This document shows positions 9,644 to 20,213 of a DNA stretch of 64,000 nucleotides, piece after piece. Where the stretch lies: the NCBI GenBank assembly GCA_963516175.1, contig CAUPZG010000001.1, forward strand, positions 17,972 to 81,971, read 5' to 3'. Under the pieces are notes generated by a model. The model saw only the letters and a program-made list of their open reading frames with translations. It had not been told where the DNA came from and did no database searches. Position 1 is the first letter of the stretch. Each line of letters begins with the position of its first letter. The translations under genes were made by a program, and so were the position numbers. Source of the stretch: an uncultured Candidatus Saccharibacteria bacterium. Lineage in GTDB: Bacteria; Patescibacteriota; Saccharimonadia; Saccharimonadales; Saccharimonadaceae.

Positions 9644-12274
9644 TTATTTGCGATTCTTTTTGCGGTTTTGGCGCTGCGCTTTTTTCTTCTTGCGTGCTTG
9701 GTTTTTGGCGCGGTTCGACTCGGTGTTTGATTTACCCTTTTTCACTGAAAAGTCATCGTCACGATTTTCCTCGCCCGCACCAACTTCATTAACGCCACGC
9801 TCAACTGCGCTTTCAGCTAGGCGTGTTAGCTCGGTATCGTACTCATCATCCTGCGACTGGCGAATCACTGCGTCGGATTTATGAATATGAAAAATTGTGT
9901 TCAGAACTTCGTTACGCAGATTTTCCTGAAGGCTGGTGAACAATTTTTGTGACTCCGCCCGGTACTCTACCAACGGATCGCGCTGCCCAACGCTGCGCCA
10001 GTGAATACCTTCGCGTAGATGCTGCATATTCTCCAGGTGCTGCATCCACAAGGTGTCGAGCACCGCCATATACACCTCGCGCTCCACACCGCGCAGCTCC
10101 TCAGCACCAATTTCTTCATCTTTTTCCCGATAGGCCTGACGTGCTAGTTTCATGGCTTTCTGGAGGCGCAGCCGGTCCTTTTTCTCGAGACCAATCTTGC
10201 GCACCGCCGCTTCATCGACTGGAAAGGCCGACGTAAATTCCTCGACAAACTTCGGGTTGTTTTTTGTCGGTAGCGTCACTAATTCTTTGACTCTATCTCG
10301 CAACAATCGCTCAATTTCCGGCTGAATATTGTCGCCTTCAAGGATTTTTCGCCGCATCGTGTAGACCACACGGCGGTGACGATTAATCACGTTGTCGTAC
10401 TGAACAACATTTTTGCGCGTATCGAAATTGTAGCCCTCGACGCGCTTCTGGGCTGCTTCCAAAGTTTTCGATACGGCGCGGTTTTGAATCGGCGTATCTT
10501 CATCCACACCCAGCCGGTCCATCAGCGCCGCGATGCGCTCACCCTGGAAAATTCGCATCAAATCATCTTCGGTCGACACGTAGAACTGCGTCTCGCCTGG
10601 GTCGCCCTGACGACCGCCACGACCGCGCAGCTGATTGTCAATGCGTCGTGACTCGTGCCGCTCCGAACCGATCACTACCAGGCCGCCCAACTCCTTGACG
10701 CCCTTGCCCAATTTAATGTCGGTACCGCGTCCAGCGATGTTTGTCGCCAGCGTAATCGCGCCCTTTTCACCAGCCTTCTCGATAATTGCCGCCTCACGCT
10801 CATTATTCTTGGCGTTCAAAATCTCAAACTTGATGCCCTCTTTTTCCAGATATTTGGCAATCTGCTCGTTCTTGGCAATCGAGCCAGAACCAACCAGTAC
10901 CGGCCGGCCTTGCTTGTGATAGTCCTTGATGGCTTCAGCCACCGCCTTCAGCTTACCCTTTTCGGTCTTGAAAATCAGGTCTTCTTTGTCGTCGCGAATC
11001 ACTGGTTTATTCGGTGGAATCTGAATGACATCCAGTGAATAAATTTGTTGAAACTCCTCAGCCTCGGTGAACGCCGTACCGGTCATACCGCTCAATTTAT
11101 TATACAAACGGAAATAATTTTGGAACGACACGGTCGCCAGCGTCATGCTTTCCTCTAGCACGGGCACATTCTCTTTAGCCTCAATGGCCTGGTGCAAACC
11201 TTCGTTGTAGCGCCGACCTTGCATCAAACGACCGGTGTGCTCATCGACGATGATCACCTCGCCGTCATTAGTCACCACGTAATCTTTGTCACGCTTGAAC
11301 AATGTTTGTGCTCGCAGCGCCTGATCCATGTGGTATACACTGCGCACGTGGTCTGGCGTGTACAAATTTTTTATTCCCAACAATTTTTGGACTTTTTCCA
11401 CGCCCTCATCGGTCAAGGCCACACTGCGGCGCTTTTCATCCAAAACATAGTCCTCTGGCACTAATTTGCTGGCAACCTTGGCGAAGGTGTAGTAATTGTC
11501 TGGGTTCTCCGCCGCTGGCGCCGAGATGATCAGCGGCGTACGCGCCTCATCGATTAGGATTGAGTCCACCTCGTCAACGATGGCAAAGTTCAGTTCGCGC
11601 TGCCTGAGCAAAGCGACGTCATTTACCATGTTATCGCGTAGATAATCAAAGCCAAATTCATTGTTAGTGCCGTACGTAATGTCGGCAGCGTAGGCTTCTT
11701 TACGAGTGACCGGGCGGAGCTTGCGCATACGTGGATCGTCGTGGTGCTCATTATCATACTCTTTGTCGTACACAAATGACGCTTCGTTGATGATCACGCC
11801 AGTCGTCAGACCCAAAAAGTCATACACCTGACCCATCCAGCCAGCGTCGCGCTGCGCCAGATAATCGTTCACGGTCACCACGTGAACACCCTTTTCCTCT
11901 AGTGCATTGAGGTACGTTGGCAGCGTCGCCACCAGGGTCTTACCTTCACCGGTCTTCATCTCGGCGACATTGCCCTCATGGAGCACCATACCGCCGATCA
12001 ACTGGACGTCATATGGCCGCTCGCCGATGACGCGCTTGGCGGCTTCGCGCACCACCGCAAAGGCATCCGGCAAAATCGTATCGAGCGTTACGTTTTTCTT
12101 CGTCAGCCGTTTTTTCAGCGTTTCTGTCTGCGCTCGTAGCTCCTCATCCGACATCTTTTCATATTTCTCGGACAGACCGTTAATTACGTCAACCTGTTTA
12201 CGCAGCCGCTTCAAAATCTTCTTCTGCGGATCGCCAAAAATCTTGCTCAGCGCCTTTTGTTGTGTCATTGCCAT
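9644..12274 (-). CDS. secA: Preprotein translocase ATPase SecA
   Basis: EMKTGEGKT, DEVDSILIDEARTPLIIS, ATNIAGRGTDI, RRIDNQLRGR. Confidence 0.98.
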   Translation of the reverse strand: MAMTQQKALSKIFGDPQKKILKRLRKQVDVINGLSEKYEKMSDEELRAQTETLKKRLTKKNVTLDTILPDAFAVVREAAKRVIGERPYDVQLIGGMVLHEGNVAEMKTGEGKTLVATLPTYLNALEEKGVHVVTVNDYLAQRDAGWMGQVYDFLGLTTGVIINEASFVYDKEYDNEHHDDPRMRKLRPVTRKEAYAADITYGTNNEFGFDYLRDNMVNDVALLRQRELNFAIVDEVDSILIDEARTPLIISAPAAENPDNYYTFAKVASKLVPEDYVLDEKRRSVALTDEGVEKVQKLLGIKNLYTPDHVRSVYHMDQALRAQTLFKRDKDYVVTNDGEVIIVDEHTGRLMQGRRYNEGLHQAIEAKENVPVLEESMTLATVSFQNYFRLYNKLSGMTGTAFTEAEEFQQIYSLDVIQIPPNKPVIRDDKEDLIFKTEKGKLKAVAEAIKDYHKQGRPVLVGSGSIAKNEQIAKYLEKEGIKFEILNAKNNEREAAIIEKAGEKGAITLATNIAGRGTDIKLGKGVKELGGLVVIGSERHESRRIDNQLRGRGGRQGDPGETQFYVSTEDDLMRIFQGERIAALMDRLGVDEDTPIQNRAVSKTLEAAQKRVEGYNFDTRKNVVQYDNVINRHRRVVYTMRRKILEGDNIQPEIERLLRDRVKELVTLPTKNNPKFVEEFTSAFPVDEAAVRKIGLEKKDRLRLQKAMKLARQAYREKDEEIGAEELRGVEREVYMAVLDTLWMQHLENMQHLREGIHWRSVGQRDPLVEYRAESQKLFTSLQENLRNEVLNTIFHIHKSDAVIRQSQDDEYDTELTRLAESAVERGVNEVGAGEENRDDDFSVKKGKSNTESNRAKNQARKKKKAQRQNRKKNRK

Positions 12275-12367
12275 AACCTTAAAACTCCCTCACTTTCAGG
12301 CATTTTCAAAAACTGTATACAATTATACCGTGCAGGGCTAGAAAATTAAAGGGGTTAATTGAATCCC

Positions 12368-12742
12368 CTACTGCTCGCGCTGGAAACCGCGCTTGAACCG
12401 TGCCAGTACGCCGCGGCTGCTGCCGACGTGTGCCAACACATCATCCTTGTATTTACGTAGCTGTCCGTTCAGCTTCGCTTCAACGATATCGACTGCCGCC
12501 AGTACGTTCATTGTCGAATCTTTGGCGGTGATTTTCTTGTCTGGTACATTAATAATTACTTCAACCTCGTACTTGTTGCCGCCAGGGTTGTCAATCTGCT
12601 TGATCTTTACATCAGCGGTCGCACTCTTGCGAGCATGCCGCGGCAAGTACTTGCCCAGCGCACCGATTTTGCGCTCGACGTACTTCTTTGTAGTATCCGT
12701 CAACTCGTATTTGACACCGGTAATGGTAATATCTTTGATCAT
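12368..12742 (-). CDS. hpf: Ribosome hibernation factor HPF/RaiA (short form)
   Basis: ITITG...LT...YVERKIGAL...AAVDIVEAKL..QLRKYK; GGAGG SD before ATG 12742; upstream of secA. Confidence 0.88.
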   Translation of the reverse strand: MIKDITITGVKYELTDTTKKYVERKIGALGKYLPRHARKSATADVKIKQIDNPGGNKYEVEVIINVPDKKITAKDSTMNVLAAVDIVEAKLNGQLRKYKDDVLAHVGSSRGVLARFKRGFQREQ

Positions 12743-12764
12743 AATTCCTCCTTTTACTGATACC

Positions 12765-13217
12765 CTAGCGCGGCAAAATAACACCCGCGTCCTTCGCCAT
12801 TTTTAGTAATTCTTCGTTAATCACGAGCAGCTTTTCTTTCGATGACATTTTGGCAAAGCTGGCGCTCATAAATGATTTGTTCGGCTTGCCGTAAATAACA
12901 TCGTATATCTCTTTAATGTCATTCGTCAGTGCCTGCAACTCACCTTCAACTCGGCCGAGCCGATCTTTAACTTCGCGCATCTCACTTTCAACCCCATTGA
13001 GTCGGCTTTTAACTTCACACATCTCGCTTTTCAGACTAGAGACATCATCTTTCAGTCCAGAGACGTCCTCTTCAACCGAATCAAGTCTAGCCTCGATCCT
13101 GTCAAACCGCTTGTCATGCTCGTCAAATCGCGGCAAGACAACGGCTTCCAACGCCTCAACCACGCCATCAGCGATCGCGCCCTTGATCCATTGCTTGTCA
13201 TCGTTCGTCAGTGCCAT
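12765..13217 (-). CDS. Hypothetical coiled-coil protein with heptad repeats
   Basis: Run of heptads (LKDDVSS, LKSEMCE, VKSRLNG, VESEMRE, VKDRLGR); GGAGG SD. Confidence 0.75.
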   Translation of the reverse strand: MALTNDDKQWIKGAIADGVVEALEAVVLPRFDEHDKRFDRIEARLDSVEEDVSGLKDDVSSLKSEMCEVKSRLNGVESEMREVKDRLGRVEGELQALTNDIKEIYDVIYGKPNKSFMSASFAKMSSKEKLLVINEELLKMAKDAGVILPR

Positions 13218-13235
13218 ATACCCTCCTAGACTCCA

Positions 13236-14531
13236 TTATATCATCTCGCGGCCATTCATATATGGACGAAGGGCTTCTGGCACCACGACATCGCCCTCGG
13301 CGGTCTGGTAATTCTCAATAATCGCCACCATACAGCGCCCTAGCGCAAAGGCCGTCGCGTCATTCGTATGGATCAATTCAACCCCGTTATCCGTACGTAC
13401 CCGCGTCATCAAGCGGCGCGCCTGATAATCCGTCATGTAATCAGCGGTATGCGTCTCGCGGTACTTGCCCTGACCCGGTAGCCAGACTTCCATGTCGACG
13501 CCGCGCGCATTGGGCTTGCCGATATCAGCCGTACATTTCATTAGGACATGGTACGGTAGCCTGAGCTGAGTCAAAAGCCATTCTTGAATCGCGATAAAGA
13601 GCAGGTGTTCGTTATAGCTATCTCTCGCCTCGGTGAAGCTCTCCATCTCGAGCTTATCGAACTGATGCATCCGAATCAGCCCTTCCATATCCTTGCCGTA
13701 CGTCCCCGCCTCTTTTCGAAAGCTAGTCGCAAGACCCAGGTATCGAAGTGGCAACTGCTTCGCATCAAAAATCTCACCCGCATGCATACTACCAAGTACA
13801 TGCTCAGCGCTTCCCTGCAGCCACAAGTCCTCGCCCTCAATCTTGTAGCGATCATCGCTTGGCTGGAGACGATCCATCTGATCATATGGCTCGGTCCGGA
13901 TCATCAGCGGCGGCAAAACGGGAGTAAATGGTCGCGGATCAACCTCGAGACCAGCGCTCGCGATAATTTCTTTCATCGTCGCCTCGCTCGTGAGAGAGTT
14001 CATCACAAACTGGATGATTGCCTGCTGCAACAGCACCAAATCACCCATGATATAAGCAAAGCGAGCACCGGCAACCTTGGCGGCGCGCTCTTTATCGAGC
14101 CAACCCTTTGCCTCGGCAATCTCATAGTGATTTTTTGGCGCAAAATCAAAGATTGGAATATCACCGACGACCTTGACTTCCACATTCTCGTCCTCGCTGA
14201 GACCAACTGGTACGTCGGCGTGCGGCATGTTGGGGACTTGTTTGAGTAGCGCCGTGTAGCGTTCCTCGACCTCGCTCAGCTGTGCCTCGAGCCCACTCAG
14301 CTTGGCCTTGATCACCTTGCCCTGCTCAATCAAACTTGGCTCAGGCTTGCCGCCCTTCATCTGCGCAGCAATTTCATTACGCTGTTGGCGCAGCTCGTCA
14401 ACCTGGCGCTGCAGCTCGCGACGCTCGTCATCTAATTGCAACAATGTCGCAATAGACACATCGTACCCCTTATGTTTCGCCGCAGTCTGCACCGCCTCGG
14501 CGTTATCTCGAATAAAGCGAATATCTAACAT
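13236..14531 (-). CDS. serS: Serine--tRNA ligase
   Basis: MLDIRFIR start, coiled-coil arm, FRKEAGTYGKD, GLIRMHQFDKLE, AIIENYQ. Confidence 0.96.
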   Translation of the reverse strand: MLDIRFIRDNAEAVQTAAKHKGYDVSIATLLQLDDERRELQRQVDELRQQRNEIAAQMKGGKPEPSLIEQGKVIKAKLSGLEAQLSEVEERYTALLKQVPNMPHADVPVGLSEDENVEVKVVGDIPIFDFAPKNHYEIAEAKGWLDKERAAKVAGARFAYIMGDLVLLQQAIIQFVMNSLTSEATMKEIIASAGLEVDPRPFTPVLPPLMIRTEPYDQMDRLQPSDDRYKIEGEDLWLQGSAEHVLGSMHAGEIFDAKQLPLRYLGLATSFRKEAGTYGKDMEGLIRMHQFDKLEMESFTEARDSYNEHLLFIAIQEWLLTQLRLPYHVLMKCTADIGKPNARGVDMEVWLPGQGKYRETHTADYMTDYQARRLMTRVRTDNGVELIHTNDATAFALGRCMVAIIENYQTAEGDVVVPEALRPYMNGREMI

Positions 14532-14632
14532 GGTTTCATTGTACTACAGACCGTAAAACACCGCCACTCGCAAGCAACGGCGTTCATTCCGCAGCTATGC
14601 CCTACGCTCCATGCTCCAAATTATCTCGTCCA

Positions 14633-15475
14633 CTACACCGCACCGATTGCACCGCTTGCCAGTAATCCAATGATCAGCACACCCAGCCCGACTCGATACC
14701 AAATAAATAACGAAAAGTCATTCCGCGCCACAAACTTGAGTAGCCACGATATCGCGAGGTAGCCGACCACAAATGACACGATGGTCGCAAGTATCGTTGC
14801 CGCCCAGCCCACGCCGCCAGCAATGTGCTTTGAGGCAGTCAGCATCTCCAGCAGCCCCGCCGCCATCAAGGCCGGAATACCGAGGAAAAAACTGAGCTTC
14901 GTCACCGCCACTCGGTCAAATCCCCGCAGCAGCCCCACCGAGATCGTTGCCCCCGATCGGCTAATACCGGGTATCAGCGCCAGGCACTGCCCCACGCCAA
15001 TCGCCAGCGTATCTCGCCACGTCGTTTGCTGTTCACTGCGGTGACTGGTTTTTTCTGAACGCTTATCAGCCCACCACATCACCAGGCTCCAGCCGATCAG
15101 CGCTACCGCCACAAACCACAAGCTACGCAGCACCGTCTCGACTTGATCCTTAAATAGTAGTCCAATCACTGCGATCGGCACCGAACCAATAATAATTGCC
15201 CAGCCATACGCATAATCAAACTGTCGCCGCGCCCGCTTCCACCATAGCCCGCGCCACCACGCGCTCAGCACACGCCAAATATCGCTCCAAAAATAGATGA
15301 TCGCTGCCAAGATTGCGCCAATCTGAATCACTGCCGTGAACGCCGTCAGACTTGGATCATCAATTCTCATCCCCATTAATTTCTCGACAATCGTCAGATG
15401 TCCCGTCGAAGAAACTGGCAAAAACTCCGTCACGCCTTCAATGATGCCGAGGATGATCGCTTGCCACCACGCCAT
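14633..15475 (-). CDS. uppP: Undecaprenyl-diphosphate phosphatase (BacA)
   Basis: EGVTEFLPVSSTGH and PGISRSGATI motifs. Confidence 0.96.
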   Translation of the reverse strand: MAWWQAIILGIIEGVTEFLPVSSTGHLTIVEKLMGMRIDDPSLTAFTAVIQIGAILAAIIYFWSDIWRVLSAWWRGLWWKRARRQFDYAYGWAIIIGSVPIAVIGLLFKDQVETVLRSLWFVAVALIGWSLVMWWADKRSEKTSHRSEQQTTWRDTLAIGVGQCLALIPGISRSGATISVGLLRGFDRVAVTKLSFFLGIPALMAAGLLEMLTASKHIAGGVGWAATILATIVSFVVGYLAISWLLKFVARNDFSLFIWYRVGLGVLIIGLLASGAIGAV

Positions 15476-15532
15476 TACTTACTAGATCCTTTCATCCCCC
15501 CAGTGTAGCAGTTCAATGACCGTTCGCCAACC

Positions 15533-16834
15533 TTATGTCCTTGGCCAAACTACGTTTGGGCGGACCTGGGACTCGGGCGATGCTGATAACGGACCTGATA
15601 CATGGATCGATACAAATCCAAGGCAATAAATATCAACCTCCGGTGAAAAGCCAAACCATGTCGTGCGACAGCGAGACTGTTGGTCTTCAACCTTTAATAC
15701 TAGTCGATCACCGTCACGTACTGCCGTGACCTTTGGCTGCGGACGCCTATCCTTCAAGTGTACATAACGAAGCTCAGCCTTGACCTCACCCTGCGTTGTA
15801 TTATTCAAGTGCAGTCGTGCACGATCACCCTCGAGATGGACATACTTTACGTCCTTCATGTCACTCGGTAGCTCAACTGGGACAACTTTCGTCAAACGCT
15901 CTTCATCACGTGCAAGTTCATTTGAGGTCCGCATACCAAACAATGCCATACTCGAGGTAGACAGTACCCCTATGATTAATGTCACGATAATACTAATTAC
16001 TGATAATCGTTTCAGCTTCCACGTAAAGGCACTGTAGCTCAGCGTTGCGGTCAGCCATAATGCTGCAATCCCACCGATTACTAACGACACCCATAGACCC
16101 CACGCCCACGGATATGCAGAGAGCCCCTCAAGCCCACTCATTGCCATCACGCTACTAATTCCCCCAACGACAAGTACAAAGAGTATCATCAGCGCCGCCA
16201 TGAGCAGGCTCGTACCGAGGATGAACCGGATCACTTTTGCTACTGCCGATTGCATGCCCTTCCGCTGCTCTATGGGCGTCTCGCTTTGGTGAGCCTGACG
16301 CTTTAGTGAATTAAACGTTACTGGCTTACCATGCATCTGCAGCTTATCAGAGGCAGTTCGTGCCTCCGGAACTGACAGCCACATCACGATATAAATCAAC
16401 ACTGCTGTACCAAATGACACAAGCGGCGAAATGATAGCAATAATCCGGACCCAGAGCGGATTGATGCCAAAGTATGCCGCGATACCCGCACATACGCCGC
16501 CGATCAGCGCATGCTCCGTATCACGCATCAGCCGCCGCTCCGGACGCTCAGACTCTTCGTCCACCTCCGGTGCTGCTTGACCATCCTCAGAAAACTCCTG
16601 CGGCTCACCCATTTGCTCCTTGAGCGCCGCCACATCAGCTGCTGTGATCACACCACCACTGGCGACCCCACGGCCGGCTAGCAGCTCGACCATCCGCGCC
16701 TCAATTTCACGCATCGCCTCATCTGAATCCATTGTCCGGGCAATTGCCTGCACATATTTCTCCAGCTGTTTCTTGGCATCGACTTCTATATCATACGGTG
16801 TTTTCGCCAAGTGCACCCGGGTTATTTCTTTCAT
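15533..16834 (-). CDS. PspC domain-containing membrane protein
   Basis: RRLMRD...IGGVCAGIAAYFGINPLWVR PspC motif, preceded by a DUF1700-like N-terminus (EIEARMVELL). Confidence 0.88.
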   Translation of the reverse strand: MKEITRVHLAKTPYDIEVDAKKQLEKYVQAIARTMDSDEAMREIEARMVELLAGRGVASGGVITAADVAALKEQMGEPQEFSEDGQAAPEVDEESERPERRLMRDTEHALIGGVCAGIAAYFGINPLWVRIIAIISPLVSFGTAVLIYIVMWLSVPEARTASDKLQMHGKPVTFNSLKRQAHQSETPIEQRKGMQSAVAKVIRFILGTSLLMAALMILFVLVVGGISSVMAMSGLEGLSAYPWAWGLWVSLVIGGIAALWLTATLSYSAFTWKLKRLSVISIIVTLIIGVLSTSSMALFGMRTSNELARDEERLTKVVPVELPSDMKDVKYVHLEGDRARLHLNNTTQGEVKAELRYVHLKDRRPQPKVTAVRDGDRLVLKVEDQQSRCRTTWFGFSPEVDIYCLGFVSIHVSGPLSASPESQVRPNVVWPRT

Positions 16835-17178
16835 GATTCAACTCCTTTCTCGAGTTTTTTTAGCGTTGCATTGAGCGTCTTGATATGTTTCTTTAGCGCT
16901 TCCATTACTGCTCGGCCGTCCGCCGTCAGTGAATAATATTTGCGCGGTGGGCCCTGCTCACTTTCCTGCCATTCATACTGGAGCAACCCATCTTTTTGTA
17001 ATCGATTCAGTAGCGGATACACTGTTCCCTCCACTACCATAAGCTCCGCATCCTGCAGCCGACCAATGATATCACCGGTATAGCGAGCCTTATTGCTGCA
17101 CACTGCTAACACACAGTACGCCAAAAACCCTTTACGCAGCTGCGTTGCCAAGCCTTCAGCATATTTCTCAGCGTCCAC
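16831..17178 (-). CDS. PadR family transcriptional regulator
   Basis: QLRKG, EGTVYPLLNRL, WQESEQGPPRKYYSLT; GTG 17178 follows AGGAGG. Confidence 0.92.
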   Translation of the reverse strand: MDAEKYAEGLATQLRKGFLAYCVLAVCSNKARYTGDIIGRLQDAELMVVEGTVYPLLNRLQKDGLLQYEWQESEQGPPRKYYSLTADGRAVMEALKKHIKTLNATLKKLEKGVES

Positions 17179-17866
17179 GTTTCGCCTCCTGTGGCACAGT
17201 CGAATGCTCAACTTGCCCATCTTTTATTATAATCTGATGATCACATTTTTTCGCTAAATCTGCGTCATGCGTCACCACGATCAATGTCGCACCCTTCTTC
17301 TTGTTATAGTCAAACAGTAATTCCTCCACTTTAGCGCCCGTTTCGCTGTCTAGGTTGCCAGTCGGCTCATCCGCAAAAATGATTTGCGGATCACCGACAA
17401 TTGCCCGAGCGATCGCTAGACGCTGCTTTTGCCCACCCGATAGGTCCTTGGCACGATTCTTTCGCTTGTCGTATAGGTCCACTGCCTTGAGTGCTGCATT
17501 AATTTTGTGCGCTCGTTTTTTATGTGGCAACTGCGCGATCTCCAGTGGCAAGCTAACGTTATCGATCACACTCTCATTCCCTTGGACAAAAAAGCTCTGA
17601 AAGATAAAGCCGATTTTCTTTGCCCGAAACGCATCAATATGCCTTGGCTTCAGCTGCAAGATATCCCGTCCGTCAATGATCACCTGGCCGCGTTGAGGCC
17701 TATCCAGGCCGGAAATTGCGTGCATCAGCGTCGATTTTCCTGAGCCAGATTTTCCTAAAATCGCCACACTTGCCCCCGTTGGAATAGTCAAGCTGATATC
17801 TTTTAGCGCTGTAAACTGATTCTTCTTTTTGCCATAAATTTTCGTCACATTCTTTAGTTCAATCAT
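17168..17866 (-). CDS. ABC transporter ATP-binding protein (MacB/LolD type)
   Basis: [31 protein letters not shown]. Confidence 0.93.
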   Translation of the reverse strand: MIELKNVTKIYGKKKNQFTALKDISLTIPTGASVAILGKSGSGKSTLMHAISGLDRPQRGQVIIDGRDILQLKPRHIDAFRAKKIGFIFQSFFVQGNESVIDNVSLPLEIAQLPHKKRAHKINAALKAVDLYDKRKNRAKDLSGGQKQRLAIARAIVGDPQIIFADEPTGNLDSETGAKVEELLFDYNKKKGATLIVVTHDADLAKKCDHQIIIKDGQVEHSTVPQEAKRGR

Positions 17867-17876
17867 GATCTCTCTC

Positions 17877-19163
17877 CTATTCCGTTCTTAACGCCTCAAT
17901 TGGGTCTAATTTTGTTGCCTTGCGGCTCGGTAGCCAGCCAGAAATTACCGCCATCACCACTAGTCCAAGTACGAGCAATCCAATTTGCAGCGGACTGATA
18001 ATCAGTAGGTCCGTCCCTGCACCCAGTTTCAGAGCACTCGCAATCACTGGATTGAGGAGCGTCACCAAGCTCGCCAGCCCAACGCCGATCAAGCCACCCA
18101 GCAGACCAACCCACGCTGCTTCATAGCGGAATAATTTACCGATGTCGCGACCGCTCATGCCCAGCGCCTTCATCAAGCCAATCTGACTCGTTCGCTCCAG
18201 CACTGAAATATACATAGTATTAACAATCCCAAACACACTGGCCAGCAGCGCCAAGCCACCAAACGCCGCTAGCGCAACTTGGGCCGTATTAACCATCGTC
18301 AGCAGTGTTTTTCGGATGTCCTGAATTGAATACGCGCGATACTCCTTGTTGATTGCTTCCTTAGCAGCGTCAGTATTTTTCTCGTTATCAACTAAGGCTA
18401 TCGCCGTTGAATATTGATTTGGTTGATTTTTGTCATGGCTCAACTCATAAATATTCTTGGCATCAGCTGCCGAAATCCGAAGCATTGGTTCGTAGAATAA
18501 AATAGTATCCGACTTCTTATCTACTGCAGTAATTCTCAGGGAGACCTCTTTTACAACTTCACCACCCTGCTCCGCGCTACGAATACCAAGCGTGATCGTC
18601 TGGCCAATCGCCGACTGTGCGTCCTTAAAGCCCAGCTGTGTTACATAGGTCTCTGGAATGATAATTTCCCCCGGCTTTGGCATGAAATCTTCCAGCGTTC
18701 CCGCCGCTAATTCTGCCCGAGTCTTATCAGCCTTCACCGTTACGTCTAGGACAAATTTTTTGTTATTTCCTGAGCTCTGAGCATACGCTATGCCGGCGGT
18801 TGAGTACGCTGGAGTTACCGTTTTTACGTGCGGCATTTTTCGTAGTTTTTCAATATCAGCATCATTGAGGGAATATTTGCTGCGTGCAGCTGCTTCTCGT
18901 TGTTTGCTAGTTTCTGATGAATTATTATATTGCGGCAATTCATCCTTTTTGTCTGATTCAATCTTTTTATTAACCGAAATCGCCCTTTTATCACCCGCCG
19001 CATCGACTATACTATTCGTATAGAGCCGGCCGCCCTCACCGGCCATCAATGCCAGGCCAATGGTAAACGCCCCGACCGAAATCGCTAGCGACGTCAAAAT
19101 CGTCCGGCCTTTCGACTGGCGAAGATTTCGCCCCGCTCGCTTGATAATATCGACTCTTCTCAT
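17877..19163 (-). CDS. ABC transporter permease (MacB/FtsX type)
   Basis: RTILTSLAISVG, GIVNTMYISVLERTSQIGLMKALG, PSRKATKLDPIEALR. Confidence 0.92.
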   Translation of the reverse strand: MRRVDIIKRAGRNLRQSKGRTILTSLAISVGAFTIGLALMAGEGGRLYTNSIVDAAGDKRAISVNKKIESDKKDELPQYNNSSETSKQREAAARSKYSLNDADIEKLRKMPHVKTVTPAYSTAGIAYAQSSGNNKKFVLDVTVKADKTRAELAAGTLEDFMPKPGEIIIPETYVTQLGFKDAQSAIGQTITLGIRSAEQGGEVVKEVSLRITAVDKKSDTILFYEPMLRISAADAKNIYELSHDKNQPNQYSTAIALVDNEKNTDAAKEAINKEYRAYSIQDIRKTLLTMVNTAQVALAAFGGLALLASVFGIVNTMYISVLERTSQIGLMKALGMSGRDIGKLFRYEAAWVGLLGGLIGVGLASLVTLLNPVIASALKLGAGTDLLIISPLQIGLLVLGLVVMAVISGWLPSRKATKLDPIEALRTE

Positions 19164-19175
19164 AGTACACTCCTT

Positions 19176-19227
19176 GTAATTTCGTTATACATACTACTAT
19201 GCTATACAAGGTACTGTAAAAAGTCAA
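19176..19227 (-). promoter_or_regulatory. Promoter with candidate tandem PadR operator
   Basis: Minus strand: TTGACT (-35), then imperfect palindromes GTACCTTGTATAGCATAGTA and GTAGTATGTATAACGAAATTAC, upstream of the ABC-PadR-PspC operon. Confidence 0.45.
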
Positions 19228-19253
19228 GCTATTTTAATAAAAAAGTAACCTAC

Positions 19254-20210
19254 TTATAATTCCTTATCGTATTCATCCTCGATTTCCTGATCCAAAATCT
19301 CTTCAATCACATCCTCCAACGTGATAATTCCTAGCTCGTTCTCATCGTCCATCACCACGAACAAATGACTGCGTGTTTGGATAAATCGACTGAGCACTGT
19401 GTCCAGCCGCGACCGTACATCAATATCATGAATCTTATCCCGGTACAGTTGACTAATCGGCAGCGGCAGCTCACGCCCCACCACATCCTTCACATATAAA
19501 ATCCCCACCAGCCGCTCCTCATCACGCACCGGGATCCGTGAATGCCCAGCATGCTTGATCTGCGCAAGCAGCGTCGCGTCGAGTTCATCATCCAACTCCA
19601 CGGTAAACACCTCACCGATCGGCGTCACCAGATCGCCCGCTGTCTTTTTACTAAATTGCAGCGCACCGGCAGCGATCCGGCTTTCGTCGTAATCGACCGG
19701 GCTGTCTGACCGCTCGGCATGTTCGTGAATAATTTGCTCCAGCTCCTGATGCGAATATAACTGCGGCGTTTCCTTGCCTACCCAGCGATTCAATAGCTTC
19801 GACATTGGCCGAGCCAGCGGCCAAAATAGCACATAGATCACATCCAGCAGCCAAAAGAAATACCGCACAAAGCGATAACCACGCTGCGAGAAAATTGCCT
19901 GCGGTAAAATCTCACCGAACATCGTGATCAGTAACGTGGCGATCAACCCGCCAACCACGCCATTTGTCATATTACCCAGCAAAATCGACATCGCGGTATT
20001 CACACCAACGTTGCCGAGCAAAATACAAAATATCAGATAATAACCGTCCTTGCGGTAGCGATACACTCGCGCAGCGATCACATCGCCGTGCCTAGCCTTG
20101 CGCCGCAAATCATCCGGCCGGGCCATCATCAACCCAATATTAAGCCCCGAGAACGACCCTGACAGCAGCAGTAACACTGCCGCCAGCGCTAGCAGTAAAA
20201 TATCAGGCAT
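19254..20210 (-). CDS. CNNM/DUF21 plus CBS-pair protein (CorC/TlyC-like)
   Basis: SGSFSGL, LLGNVGVN, FGEILPQ, GHSRIPV, GIITLEDVIEEIL. Confidence 0.92.
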   Translation of the reverse strand: MPDILLLALAAVLLLLSGSFSGLNIGLMMARPDDLRRKARHGDVIAARVYRYRKDGYYLIFCILLGNVGVNTAMSILLGNMTNGVVGGLIATLLITMFGEILPQAIFSQRGYRFVRYFFWLLDVIYVLFWPLARPMSKLLNRWVGKETPQLYSHQELEQIIHEHAERSDSPVDYDESRIAAGALQFSKKTAGDLVTPIGEVFTVELDDELDATLLAQIKHAGHSRIPVRDEERLVGILYVKDVVGRELPLPISQLYRDKIHDIDVRSRLDTVLSRFIQTRSHLFVVMDDENELGIITLEDVIEEILDQEIEDEYDKEL

Positions 20211-20213
20211 AGC

